64,000 bases of DNA. Origin: Rhynchobatus australiae. Lineage: Eukaryota. Position numbers and translations under genes: made by a program. The stretch's first letter is position 1, and each line of letters begins with the position of its first letter. The stretch lies in assembly GCA_034780895.1 (NCBI GenBank), contig JAUZTB010000001.1, positions 72,464,337 to 72,528,336 of the forward strand. Direction: 5' to 3'. The notes beneath the pieces were generated by a model. It was not told the DNA's origin. It worked only from the letters and a program-made list of their open reading frames with translations, and did no database searches. Below are positions 63,154 to 64,000 of this stretch, piece by piece.

Positions 63154-64000
63154 TGGCATTACTCCAGTCATCCCTTCTGTTCACTGCAATGATCGGCATC
63201 GGGATGTCAACACCTTCTTCAGAGTCACTTCTGAAATTTCCAGCACCACTGCTGGATCCCAGCACACACCAATGAAGCTCTGCCACTTACGCCATTCCTG
63301 CTGGATGACTTTCAGATAAACTGTTTACATAGACCTTCTTGCTCCTGTGAGGTTTGGCATATCTGTTTGGGGTGGGGGCCAAATGGCAGTCCCCCACCTC
63401 TCCCCTCACCACTACATAACATCCCCTTCAGCAATCCCTGATGGGGTGGGTGTTTCAGGAACTGGTATTTCCCTCTCTACAATTTAACCTCCATCCAGGT
63501 CCCGACTCTCAGGATCATTCCACAGCCGATGAGCAGACCTAAGGAATGCTGGTGCAGGCTCCTGATTGAGCACGGTTCCACCCTTTCAGTTGGTCACGGC
63601 GACTGCGAGCGAAACTGGTATCCAGGTGCCCCAGTGAGTACTGCTGATAAGCTGGGGGCTCGCTGGAGTTTGAACGGGACCCACTGGATTTTGCCTACCT
63701 GTGGCCCCCATGAGCTGGTATGGTTGCTGCTTTCCAGCGTTTGTGGTGCCCTATATCCACGCCCTAGATGACCTTGGGAAGCACCAGGCATACAGCGGCC
63801 ACTGGGACAAGAGGGCCATCATGGAGGCAGAGAGTTATTGGATGATAGCCTTTCCCACATATGGCATGGCCCGATTGTCCCATGAGGTCATCCAGATGGC
63901 CAGTGTGCTCGAGACGCTGGCCAATGAAATGGCAGTGGCACTGCCACACGCCGAAAACGCCCTGACACAGACGGCAGCTGAGTTGACTACAGTCAGGATA
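63154..64000 (+). pseudogene. env: ERV env remnant (SU end and start of gamma-type TM), truncated by the window edge
   Basis: Hydrophobic MALLQSSLLFTAMIGIG start and WSLNGTHWI. Then, in a shifted frame that is open to 64000: SWYGCCFPAFVVPYI...HWDKR|AIMEAESYWMIAFPTYGMARLSHEVIQMASVLETLANEMAVALPHAENALTQTAAELTTVRI. Confidence 0.75.

Larger units (their letters stand above)
61565..64000 (+). mobile_element. Degraded class III (ERV-L/ERV-S-like) endogenous retrovirus: gag fragment, RNase H, integrase, env; runs off the window
   Basis: Collinear retroviral motifs: gag WDEGA..LGSL..LW..RYP, RNase H HVDA..N..VDQAAQI, integrase HHCC and D,D35E, and env cleavage site, fusion peptide and heptad repeat. 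Multiple frameshifts and stops. Confidence 0.9.

Overview
Eukaryotic (vertebrate) genomic DNA with many N gaps. The repeat content (CR1 and Rex1/Babar LINE fragments, V-domain and Deu-domain SINEs, Penelope-like pieces, a ~41-bp minisatellite) suggests a cartilaginous fish; this is an inference. (1) Positions 2.3-31.8 kb on the + strand carry the 3' half of col6a2 (collagen VI alpha-2): seven Gly-X-Y exons, a Cys-rich junction exon, the C1 VWA exons, a linker exon and the C2 VWA terminal exon. All have GT-AG boundaries and compatible phases. (2) Inside the last intron is an intact alternative terminal exon (25686-25975) that resembles the human COL6A2 'C2a' isoform tail. (3) Downstream on the - strand (about 39.8-42.2 kb) is a spliced gene that I cannot assign to any family. 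It encodes a 77-aa Gly/His/Gln/Cys/Lys-rich microprotein. (4) The last 2.4 kb is a degraded, internally deleted class III (ERV-L/ERV-S-like) endogenous retrovirus with gag, RNase H, integrase and a gamma-type env. Most ORFs in the supplied track are artefacts. Comparisons with human and viral proteins are from memory, not from a search. Repeat boundaries are approximate.
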